Assembly (NCBI GenBank): GCA_001687465.1
Contig: LVLI01000321.1
Span: forward strand, 62,001-105,162
Source: Halocafeteria seosinensis
Lineage: Eukaryota
Length of the DNA: 43,162 nt
Reading direction: 5' to 3'
In this document: positions 22,898 through 32,128 of the stretch, in pieces
How positions within the stretch are numbered: position 1 is the first letter of the stretch
Layout of the letters: every line of letters starts with the position of its first letter
The notes under the pieces: generated by a model
The model's database searches: none
Seen by the model: the letters and a program-made list of their open reading frames with translations, nothing else
Told to the model about the DNA's origin: nothing
Translations under genes and position numbers: made by a program

Positions 22898-25800
22898 CTA
22901 GAAACCTGGCATAGCAGCATACTGCTCGGGGTCAAATCCGATCTTCATTGTAGTCTCTTCGAGTATTCGTTTCAATTCAGCTTTCGCCTTGGCGACAGCA
23001 GTCTTAGTTGGACCCTCGATGTACAAGTGTAACCTCCGCTCGCCACTGGGTGGGTTCTTGCCTGGGGGCACATAGACACCTCGAGTAGATACCGCACACT
23101 CAGAGTACTCTGGAATATAGTTGTCCACGATGTCTTTGGTCTGGATTTTCCACCTTGCCCTTTGGGGGTAATCGTTTATCTCTAGCTCATCTTCGTAGCC
23201 AGCACTAGCGTCAACAGGCATACCCAACTGTCGCTGAATATCCGCTGCCCGAGCAGCCGCTTGAGCACGAGCATCCATTGCCTTTGCGTCGGGAGCCGAC
23301 GATTTTGTCGGCTGCTGTCTCTCTTGAGCACGTTGACGCTTCTCCTCCTTCGACTGTTTCCATTGCTTGTATTCTTCTTCTGCCTTCTCCAATTCGTAGG
23401 CATCGGCATTACCGGCGCTAATGTCATGTCGAAGTCGATCTAATAGCTCTTGCCACTGTTCCTCACTCAAGTCAGTGCCATCAAATTTGAATCCTTTTGT
23501 AGAATAGCCGCTTCGACGTTTCCGAGCCTCGCCTTTCTTCACTTTTTGGTTATGATCATTAGCCAGTTTCTGCAGCTCTTCAGGAACATCCTGTTTGTTT
23601 TCTCTCAGGGCTTTTACTAAGTCAGGGGCGTATTGTGCCTCTTCCGGAGTGATGAACGTGTATGCTGTGCCTTTCTTACCTGCCCTGCCAGTCCTTCCCA
23701 CACGATGAACATAATCCTCGAGATGATTTGGACAATTGTAATTAATAACCAGTTCTAAGTCCTTCACATCAAGGCCCCTTCCGGCAACCGAAGTCGCTGC
23801 CATTACTGTCTTTCTCCCATTCTTAAAATCGGCAATAGTGCTATCTCTGTCAAACTGGTCTTTGCCTCCATGCAATGAAACCGGGTCGTATCCGGCCCTC
23901 ATGAGCTCCGCAAACAAGAGATCGCAATGCTCCTTTGTATCTACGAAGATTAAAATTCGTCCCCTTTCATACCATTCCCCAAGAAGCTGCAGTAATCTTT
24001 TGAACTTGGAATCCTCACTTCGAACTTCCACTACTTGCTCCACATCTGAACTGCTTTTTGCTCTGCCCCCCACCACAATTTCAACAGGATTCGCTAATAT
24101 CTTCCGTGCTAACGATTCTACATGAGAAGGAAAGGTCGCCGAGAACATCACTGTCTGTCGATCGGGTCGGGTGTTTTGAATAATGCGCTTAATTTGAGGT
24201 TCGAATCCCATATCAAACATTCGGTCAGCTTCGTCGAGTACCAGGTATGTTACACGCTCCAATGACAAAACCCTGCCACTGTTAAGGGTCAGTAAATCGA
24301 TCATTCTTCCGGGACTACAAACGACGATATCAGAACCTCGTTTCAAATTGGCGATTTGTTCCGCTATGGATGCACCGCCGTACACGGCAGTTGTTCGAAG
24401 GCCTAAAGCGGAGGCGAATTTTTTTGCCACGCTGTATATTTGGGCAACCAGTTCTCGCGACGGGGCCATAATTAGCCCAATAGGTCCTTCATATTCTCGG
24501 ATACGAGGCTGGTCTAGAATATGACGAAACATTGGGATGAGATACGCCGCTGTCTTCCCCGATCCCGTCTTCGCAACGCCAATCATGTCTCTCCCAGACA
24601 TGATCACTGGCAGTGCCTGTCTCTGTATAGGGAATGGCTCTTCGAATCGTAACTTGTGCAATACTGACATAACAGTATCACTGAGTCCACAATCTTCCCA
24701 GTTACGGACAGGATTGGGCACATTCCTGCCGCGAACTTTCATTTCGCTCTCATCACGGAATTTTGCCACTTCTTGTTCGGAGAGGTTCTTGACTTCAGGG
24801 GCAGGAATGTAGAAACACTTTCGGAAATCAATGTAATCAATTTTGCTGTGATCCACCGGTTGTAGGTCCTTCTTTGCCATCTTTTCGTGGAGTATTTCTA
24901 AAGCAGACTTCCTTTCCTCAGGAGAAAGATTTTCTGAATCAACCGGCGCACCTTCGTCGATATCTTCTTCAAAGATTCTACCAGTCCCAGTCGCTTCCAT
25001 TGATTGTCCTTCCTTATTCTGCTCAGCCTTACTGTTCGCTTCCTCCTCCTCTTTCTTTCTCCCTTTCAACCTCTCGATGAACTCCTTGAGGTATTCCTCA
25101 TCGTCCGGGCGGTAGGTTTGCTCCTGTTCCGTATTAGAACCCTGTTGCTGCTCATTGCCCTCTTGAGAGCTTCGATCGGTTTCATTTGAGTTGGAATCTT
25201 GTGTACTGGAGTCACCCATTATCTCCTCAAGAGTAATGCTATGTCGAGCAGCCACATCTTCACGGTGTGTACCCGGTCCGTTGTATCCCAATGTACTCAG
25301 GTACTCATCCAGCGGATCTGAAGAAGCCGATGTCGAAGAACTGTTACCAGCTCCAGATTGAGCTGTCACTGTACTGTCACTATCTGTCGTAGAGGCTGCT
25401 GAGGTACTTAGCTTGCCACTCTTTTTCATAGCCTCCAACCTAGCCAAGCGCCTTCTCTGTGCTGCTTTCTTAGCTTCTTCCAATTTCTTCTGTTTGGCGG
25501 AATCGAGAGCATTACTTTCAGAGTTATTCTGGGTGTTGGACGAACCAGAAGTAACACCACTGCTGGTGTTCTTCTTGCCGAATTCACCCTTTTGTTTCAA
25601 TGCTGCCAGACGTTCCAGGCGCTTTCTCTGTTTCTCCCTTTTACGCTCTTCTTCCTCATCCTGCGCACTTTGGCCCGACTGCTCGGTAGCACTACCGTTC
25701 ATAGGTGACGCTGCGTCCCCACTACTGGAAGAGACTTGGGTGCCTTTATTCTCGTCATTATGCTCGGCAGAAGCTCCATTTTCATCCAATTTTGTGCGCT

Positions 25801-26020
25801 TCTGAGGTCGGTCAGAGGCCATTTCCTCGCCATTTTCCCTCTGTCGAACCCCAGTTTCTGCAGTATTGGAAGCGTGAGAACTTTGATCAACCTTTGTATC
25901 TGCCGAAGAGGCCGTGAGGGAGGCATTTGAGCCAGATGAAGCCTCATTTGAGGTATTCTTGGTCTCGGTCTGGGGCTGCTTCTTCTTGGTTGTGAGCTTA
26001 ATCTTCTTCATAGGAGGCAT
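22898..26020 (-). CDS. DDX46: DEAD-box splicing helicase DDX46/Prp5 (intronless)
   Basis: VDHSKIDY..FRK.FY, AKTGSGKT, DEADRMFDMGFEPQI, ATSVAGRGLDV, YVHRVGRTGRAG and a C-terminal KH-like region EINDYPQ.ARWK. Confidence 0.95.
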   Translation of the reverse strand: MPPMKKIKLTTKKKQPQTETKNTSNEASSGSNASLTASSADTKVDQSSHASNTAETGVRQRENGEEMASDRPQKRTKLDENGASAEHNDENKGTQVSSSSGDAASPMNGSATEQSGQSAQDEEEERKREKQRKRLERLAALKQKGEFGKKNTSSGVTSGSSNTQNNSESNALDSAKQKKLEEAKKAAQRRRLARLEAMKKSGKLSTSAASTTDSDSTVTAQSGAGNSSSTSASSDPLDEYLSTLGYNGPGTHREDVAARHSITLEEIMGDSSTQDSNSNETDRSSQEGNEQQQGSNTEQEQTYRPDDEEYLKEFIERLKGRKKEEEEANSKAEQNKEGQSMEATGTGRIFEEDIDEGAPVDSENLSPEERKSALEILHEKMAKKDLQPVDHSKIDYIDFRKCFYIPAPEVKNLSEQEVAKFRDESEMKVRGRNVPNPVRNWEDCGLSDTVMSVLHKLRFEEPFPIQRQALPVIMSGRDMIGVAKTGSGKTAAYLIPMFRHILDQPRIREYEGPIGLIMAPSRELVAQIYSVAKKFASALGLRTTAVYGGASIAEQIANLKRGSDIVVCSPGRMIDLLTLNSGRVLSLERVTYLVLDEADRMFDMGFEPQIKRIIQNTRPDRQTVMFSATFPSHVESLARKILANPVEIVVGGRAKSSSDVEQVVEVRSEDSKFKRLLQLLGEWYERGRILIFVDTKEHCDLLFAELMRAGYDPVSLHGGKDQFDRDSTIADFKNGRKTVMAATSVAGRGLDVKDLELVINYNCPNHLEDYVHRVGRTGRAGKKGTAYTFITPEEAQYAPDLVKALRENKQDVPEELQKLANDHNQKVKKGEARKRRSGYSTKGFKFDGTDLSEEQWQELLDRLRHDISAGNADAYELEKAEEEYKQWKQSKEEKRQRAQERQQPTKSSAPDAKAMDARAQAAARAADIQRQLGMPVDASAGYEDELEINDYPQRARWKIQTKDIVDNYIPEYSECAVSTRGVYVPPGKNPPSGERRLHLYIEGPTKTAVAKAKAELKRILEETTMKIGFDPEQYAAMPGF

Positions 26021-26802
26021 TTTCCTTCAGATTCGCCGGAAATCAGACTGTCATACACTTATACAAGACCTTCGAAATGCACTTATGTGCCATCAACCCC
26101 TGCATATACCATTCTAAAGCGTACTTAATGGACCCTACTCCGGGAGTTCAACATTTGTTTGTTCGGTTGTTTAGAGTTGCAGGAATTACCTCTTTTCTGG
26201 CTGAGCTGACAGCACCTAAATAAATAGGTAGGTGGTACGATGGAGCATAGGAAAGCTACATATGTAAAGCCAGTCAATGGAGTGTATTTTGGCTGAGATA
26301 CTCTGCAGTCCAACTTCAGGCACCCCTTGGGCCGAGCTACTGTCATTTCCTTGAGGTCCAATAACTTGTTTCCTCACTTGACTTCATGCACCATACTCAT
26401 CTCCTTAACATCGGTGGCTACTAGAGGAACTGTGTATTTCATCAAACCACAACATGGGGTCAGCTTCACAAACCGACCTGATTTCCCACTTTCCGCACCT
26501 GCCTGTTCGATCCTTCTCGAGCGTTCGGAAGGGTTATTGGCGCTAGAGTTGTTTGTAGCAAGCTTTTGAGAGGCGCAGTTCAAAGATCACAGTATTGCGC
26601 ATCGACTGATCGGTTCGCGAAATACGAACGTGGGTTTTACAGCAAGAGGGAAGCCTTGCGTGAGCTGTCGCACACGCCCGCAAAGTGTTCTACATCTACG
26701 GCCAGCCGTGTGAGAAAAACTAAGACCCCAGAAAGCATCCAAACTTTCCGGTTCTTGGCGGTTTTCAACCCCCTGATGGAACTTGCCTGTTCCCCCTGAA
26801 TC

Positions 26803-26973
26803 ATGCCCGAAGGATCGGACGATTCAGAAGACGGTCATCAACGGAAGCGTTTTGGTGGTACAAGTGACCCTTGCATGTCCGGGATCCCAGAGAAGGCAAG
26901 CAACAGTGACTACGACAACCAGACCCTGAAGTTCCAGCAGTACTACGATACTGTCGACGAAGGAATCTCGTGA
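26803..26973 (+). CDS. Possible small protein or uORF (56 aa)
   Basis: ATG to TGA: MPEGSDDSEDGHQRKRFGGTSDPCMSGIPEKASNSDYDNQTLKFQQYYDTVDEGIS. Coding-like composition; no recognised homology. Confidence 0.3.
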   Translation: MPEGSDDSEDGHQRKRFGGTSDPCMSGIPEKASNSDYDNQTLKFQQYYDTVDEGIS

Positions 26974-27121
26974 CGTCCATTGAGCGAGCTTACTTGTGTT
27001 TATTCAGTCTTTAGTACAGAAACTGTGTAAAGGAACAGACTCCCTAAGGCCACCTTGGCGTGTTGGGTTCAAACGGCCTCCTATTCAGGAACCACTAGCA
27101 GCGCGAGAACAACGTAGAGAT

Positions 27122-28417
27122 ATGACGGCACTGCTGTTCCCTAGAACTTTCATGGCTCGAGTGAATCGATGCCAGATAGTAGCGATTCCACAAGTCCACA
27201 GTCTCCGTGGCGTGCACTCAGGAGGGACACAGTTCGACGGTATGAGCATGGAAAACCAGCTCCATCTGACATCCATGCAGCAAGATGCATCACAACAATG
27301 GAGCAGTGTCCAATCTCTCCAACCTGTTGGTAAGGACGAATACAAGGAGTTTCTACCGCCTCAACTCATTGCCGAGCAGTCGGTATGGCAACCTGTTGCT
27401 GACTCGATTTGTACCGACACATCGCTGGTTTCACCTATTGAGCAAGTTCCCTCCCCATCACCAGCAGCGGGAATTTCGCTTTACGTCAAGCGAGAGGATA
27501 GTCTTCCCTATGGAATCCACCTCCGAGCACTGTCCTCAATGTCCCAACATGTTGTTGAGCGAGGCTTTCCTCCCGTCGTCTTGGATGTGAAATCGTCTGC
27601 GTCGCTCAGTCAAGTCAATGCTACCCTCCAAATTTTCCTAGAGCGAGGCGTAGTTCCCTTTCTTGCGGTCGAACAACAAATAACGGAAGAGAGCACAGTC
27701 CCTCGTATTTTCAATGATGGCTCCTACATCCCAATCACGAGCTCCCGGGTCTACGATTACTGCGCTGGTGACCCAGATGACTCACTGGATCATGTTGTCG
27801 CAAGGGTCGCTGCTCAACTTGACGACGACCGAGTAGTTACTTTACCCGTTGATGGCATCTGTCGTGAAGCAACTGCGGGAATGGCAACATTGCTGTACGA
27901 TACCTTCTCTTATGAGGAAGAAAATGGAAAGAGTTTCGACGACGTCGTGTTTCCTCCAGATCTTACCTTTCCTGCCGCAGTCTCAGCTGCAATGAACGAA
28001 GCCGTTGCTGCAAATGATGCTGCATATTCTTCTCATCCAAAAACACTTCGTGTTTTCTGCAGACGACAAGAGCAAGGAGAAGTCATGGAACAATTCAGGG
28101 AGTGCGCAACGTACGTGTGGGATTTCCTGGGACTGGAGAAGAAGCCCTTGGCGAATATTATGGCTGTGGAGGGACGAGCTCCGGACTCAGTACTGCAGCC
28201 GAAATCAATGACTGGTACTACGAACGTGATTCTTTACAACATCGAAGACGACGAAGAACTTGTAGAGAGGAACGGGTCCCATGTGTGGCTCAGTCCTGGT
28301 ATGCAGTGTGCTTTGTCCTTTGTCAACCATTTGCGCGGTTCCCAAAACCTGAGAAGCGCGGACGACGCTCCAGCCAACACTCGCAATACTCTTGTTATTG
28401 ACGGCAGTGCTATTTAA
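27122..28417 (+). CDS. Divergent ACC deaminase/D-cysteine desulfhydrase-like protein (PLP fold II), probably non-catalytic
   Basis: SPIEQV...ISLYVKRED and later FDDVVF resemble family motifs, but the GGNK segment with the PLP-binding Lys is replaced by SLPYGIHLRAL. The N-terminus resembles a transit peptide. Start codon uncertain. Confidence 0.55.
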   Translation: MTALLFPRTFMARVNRCQIVAIPQVHSLRGVHSGGTQFDGMSMENQLHLTSMQQDASQQWSSVQSLQPVGKDEYKEFLPPQLIAEQSVWQPVADSICTDTSLVSPIEQVPSPSPAAGISLYVKREDSLPYGIHLRALSSMSQHVVERGFPPVVLDVKSSASLSQVNATLQIFLERGVVPFLAVEQQITEESTVPRIFNDGSYIPITSSRVYDYCAGDPDDSLDHVVARVAAQLDDDRVVTLPVDGICREATAGMATLLYDTFSYEEENGKSFDDVVFPPDLTFPAAVSAAMNEAVAANDAAYSSHPKTLRVFCRRQEQGEVMEQFRECATYVWDFLGLEKKPLANIMAVEGRAPDSVLQPKSMTGTTNVILYNIEDDEELVERNGSHVWLSPGMQCALSFVNHLRGSQNLRSADDAPANTRNTLVIDGSAI

Positions 28418-28560
28418 CTAATAGATTAGACTTGGAAAATATCCAACATGGATAATGTCGTTGGTTAGAACCTTATATGGCATATCCAGTACACTTGTAG
28501 GGGTGTTTCGCGAGACGTAACGTGTTAATTCGTTTATGTTCCTTGCTACGCATGCAGCAG

Positions 28561-28662
28561 GTATCCTGTGCAGCTTGGAAGCGTGACGTAGACCTTCCCG
28601 AAGTAGAATGCATTCTGGCCAACCTCATACATGCACTCCAACGTTATAGTAGTAATAGCTAG
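28561..28662 (+). pseudogene. Orphan exon of a PCID2/Thp1/CSN12-type PCI-domain gene
   Basis: After an atgcagcag acceptor it reads VSCAAWKRDVDLPEVECILANLIH, matching the PCID2-type DVD..EV.CILANLI motif, then diverges and stops. No other exons are visible. Confidence 0.6.
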
Positions 28663-28987
28663 GATCGATACAATACATCACCACAATGTTCATTCCTACT
28701 GAACCACAATAAAATGTCAAAACCTCATTTGTGGCACGCTTGTTTCGTTGCGACTTCATCGGGTCGCACGCGCACCTTGTTGTCCCTCCAGGTGTTCCCA
28801 CCATTTAAACACCGTCAGATTAATGAGGTTTGTCTGTTCGCATCATGATGCTTTGCTCGGTGATGCGCATTCGGCACCGATGCGGACGCACCTGATGTCC
28901 TCCCAGACAATGGGGTCTGCCACGTGTTCCCTCAGGAAGCGGAGCGGTTGTTAGAATCATGGATCAGAAGGATCAAGGATGGTTCAA

Positions 28988-30280
28988 TGACGGCGATGGA
29001 CAAACCTATGCGGCGCGATGAAACACAGGATACATGCTCACGATCGTCAATCAGACTCATAACATTACTCAAAGCCGTTGTATTGGGAATCCTAGGCCCC
29101 TGGTGCGCTGCGTGTATCTTCGTCGGAATCCTTACAGGCGTGAAGCATCCGGTCGAGTTCGTCGGAGGCAACGTACAAACTGCCTTCTACCCTGGAGTTT
29201 GGCTCGTCTCCTATGGTATTGTGGGATTCGCCCCAATTGTACAGGAACTGGTTGTGCGATGCCATGAAAGTCGATGGGACATAGCTGACCCTTGCGCGCT
29301 GGTGTTTGGAGTTGGGAACTATGTTGTGAATGCAGGGTTCGGATTGTCGGTCACCGCGATAAACTGGAAAAACATCCCCACTCTTGCTAGTACATTCATT
29401 GCAACAAGCGGGGCAATTGGCGCGGTTCTGCTGCTTGTATTGCTCACGTTGCGTATCTGGAGGCTTCGGTTACGGTATCGGGAACGAGACAAGAACGAGA
29501 TCCCGCTCCGAACAAAGAAAAATATCAACTCAAAACTTAAAATACAGGGCGCAAAATCTCCAAAGGATTATCCCATGGTGTCTGCAGATGCCACAACGGA
29601 TACAGCGCCCAGAGGGGCCAGACCGAACGTAGCCTCTCGCCAAGTTCCTACCCTAGGTCAGGAGACTGTTCGAGACAAGCCGATGAAAGGGTCAACGTTG
29701 GTAAAGAATTCTCCCCGTCGTGCTGGTGAAGCATGTCTGTATCGTCAAGAGAGAGGAAGACAAGGCCAAGGCGTACCGGAAATGGACCGGCACAATATGA
29801 AGATTCGTCTTCCCACACGCACTCTAGCATCCTCATCCGCACGTGGTCAAGAGCATCGGCAGCCGAATGCAAGGGGGCGCACTGTATACCGTACGCGATT
29901 TCGCCTTTCTCCGGCGAAGCCTGGAAAGAAAACCGACCCTCACAGACGAACTGAACGAACTTATACACATAGGAATCAAGTGTGGGGCATAGCAAAAGCT
30001 GGTGCTGGGCGCTATCCAGTTTTTGGTCGTAGAGGAAACACTTCGATCCAAAAGCGCTCACGGTCTCGTTCTGGAACACGGAAAAACTGAAGATATGATG
30101 CAGGTCATCTCTCTCCCAAATGAAGGCGGTGCCTGCGAATCTGAAGCAGAACGCTACCCCCATAACCATGACTTTGTCGGCAGGTTGCACGGTGCAACGG
30201 AGTTACCTGTCTCTGTAGTAGCGGACTGCGAGTTATACAACTGCCTCGCGAAACGGCATTTAGAGTTCAGACCAAACTGA
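28988..30280 (+). pseudogene. Multi-pass membrane protein gene, probably frameshifted in the 3' half
   Basis: About 4 hydrophobic segments in the first 160 codons. The remainder of the ORF is Arg-rich and looks off-frame, while overlapping frames (29733-29954, 30002-30280) look more protein-like. Confidence 0.45.
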
Positions 30281-30666
30281 ATGTGGTCGCTGTCCAGTCC
30301 ATCAGTATGGTTCCCAGGAGGAGGGAACTTGCAAAAACTGCAATAATGGAACGGTGGCGCTACAAAACCAGACAGCGTGCGTTCCATGTAAGGAATTTGA
30401 GATCAGTGCTCCCAGAGATTCCAATTGTCACATTCGTCCAAATGGTAGCGTCCCCTCGTGGACCCAAACTGAGCGTGTCCATGTAAGGACCTCGAGGTCA
30501 GTGCTCTGGAAGATTCTAAGTGTCCCATTTGTCCAAATGGTAGTGCTCCTTCGTTGACTCAAACTGGGTGTGTTTCGTACCGGTCAGTGCTCCGGAAGAT
30601 TCCAACTGCCACATTTGATCAAGTGGTAGCGGGCCCTCGTGGAACAAAGAGTGCGTGTGGGCATGT
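30280..30666 (+). pseudogene. Degenerate Cys-rich repeat fragment (ephrin-receptor-like/GCC2-GCC3 type), unit about 32 aa
   Basis: CKNCNNGTV..QTACVPCKEFEIS..DSNCHI.PNGS.PS.TQT repeats; cagtgctc anchors at 30404, 30499 and 30585 (spacings of 95 and 86 imply frameshifts), plus an internal TGA. Confidence 0.65.
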
Positions 30667-30705
30667 ACGAAGAGAATCGGAACGGCATGTTCCTGCTTTC
30701 TGTCT

Positions 30706-31213
30706 CGGTGTTGATTCTCCAACGCGGTTGCATTATCGTCGAGAGCCTCATGCGTTCAGAAGTGTTACCATCAGAGCATTGAGATATCGTTGTAATGCCG
30801 CTACTTTGTTGACGTTGCTCGTTTGGACGCTTGTTGAGGCGTTCACATTGACGACACTTGTTCGCAGCCGAGGCAGAGTTTCTCAACTGCAGCGTTCCCA
30901 ATTTTCCTCTCTCTGGGCTTCGGGGAGCGCCTTACTCAATTGATCCATGACTCCAAAACGTAGCAGGACAATGGCATAGATGTACACGGTAGCGTAGTTG
31001 GAGGCAAACTTCAACCATTCTGCGTAGTTATCATGTGCGTTCTGCTGGCCGGATTTCCTATAGTCGGTGACAGATAGCCCACCGGCCGGTGAACATCAAG
31101 GACAATGGCATAGATGTACACGGTAGCGTAGTTGGAGGCAAACTTCAACCATTCTGCGGTGTTGATTCTCCAACGCGGTTGCAGTATCGCCGAGAGCCTC
31201 GTGCGTTCAGAAG
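30706..31213. repeat. Nested direct duplications in A-B-B-A order
   Basis: A: 30706-30762 and 31157-31213 (57 bp, 3 mismatches). B: 30965-31024 and 31099-31158 (60 bp, identical). Confidence 0.9.
31067..31089 (-). repeat. Dispersed 23-bp repeat, copy 1 (CCGGCCGGTGGGCTATCTGTCAC)
   Basis: Identical to 34779-34801 (+) and 42231-42253 (-). Confidence 0.9.
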
Positions 31214-32128
31214 AATGTGTGGCAAGGAAGTAAATTCATAGGTGGACGTATTGGTGAACGACTCTATTACCTTGGTATCGTCGTAGGCACTTTTCCCAAT
31301 GTTTGCGCACCCATGTACCATCGCGAGCTGGGAGTCACCAGTGGCATTGTTTAGGTCTACACCTGGGTGGTAGACTGTCGCATCCAACCCGGACCACAAA
31401 TGGAGATACCATCTCCCTGATGAGGACTGGAAGGAAAACGACGAGCCCCTAGTATACCTAAACGGAAATGAGGAGGGTGCTGAGGAGGATGGGAGAGTGC
31501 GCGCAATAGGCGACAGCAGGCGTCACCGTAAAGCCCGCTGCCGCTACCGATGCTAGCGAGCGTAATCCAACTTTCAACTGCGGGTCTAGTTCTGCTGTAC
31601 TCACTCCTACCGTAATATCTGCCCAAACTGACCCAAGAAACATAGACGTCTCCGTCTTTTCTCTTTCCCCCCTCTTTTGGTTTCCGGTGTATTGCCTGGG
31701 AGCGGTATACACATGGTACACATGCGGCCTACAACTTGTTACAAGGGCTACTGAAAATGTGAAGTTCAGCTCGCACAAGAGCTGTATGACAGGCCGTGGT
31801 AACGGATCCGGTCCTGTTTGTTAGGGATCTTCGACTGCGCCTGAGCTGTTTGGTGCAGAGGAGCTATTGCAGGGTGCTGCGCAAGTGGTTGCATTGGGTT
31901 ATGCCCAATGGAGAGGCGTAGCATCGGCTAAGGCTCTTAGTATGGTTGAAGTTGAATACACACCTAACTATTTTTGAAGTTGTCCCAGGGTTTCAACAGG
32001 GTTGTAGGGGCTTGTGGGCCCGCAATCTCTGAGGACTTGCGTTGTTCATTGGATGATGAAGTGAATTGAGATTGCCAGCATCTTCTTCACTTAAACGAAT
32101 AGCCTACGGAACCGTCGGTCATGGTCGA

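Noticed and set aside
31870..31945. TPLHWA ankyrin-like peptide on the minus strand
   Set aside because: Six residues followed immediately by a stop; compatible with chance.
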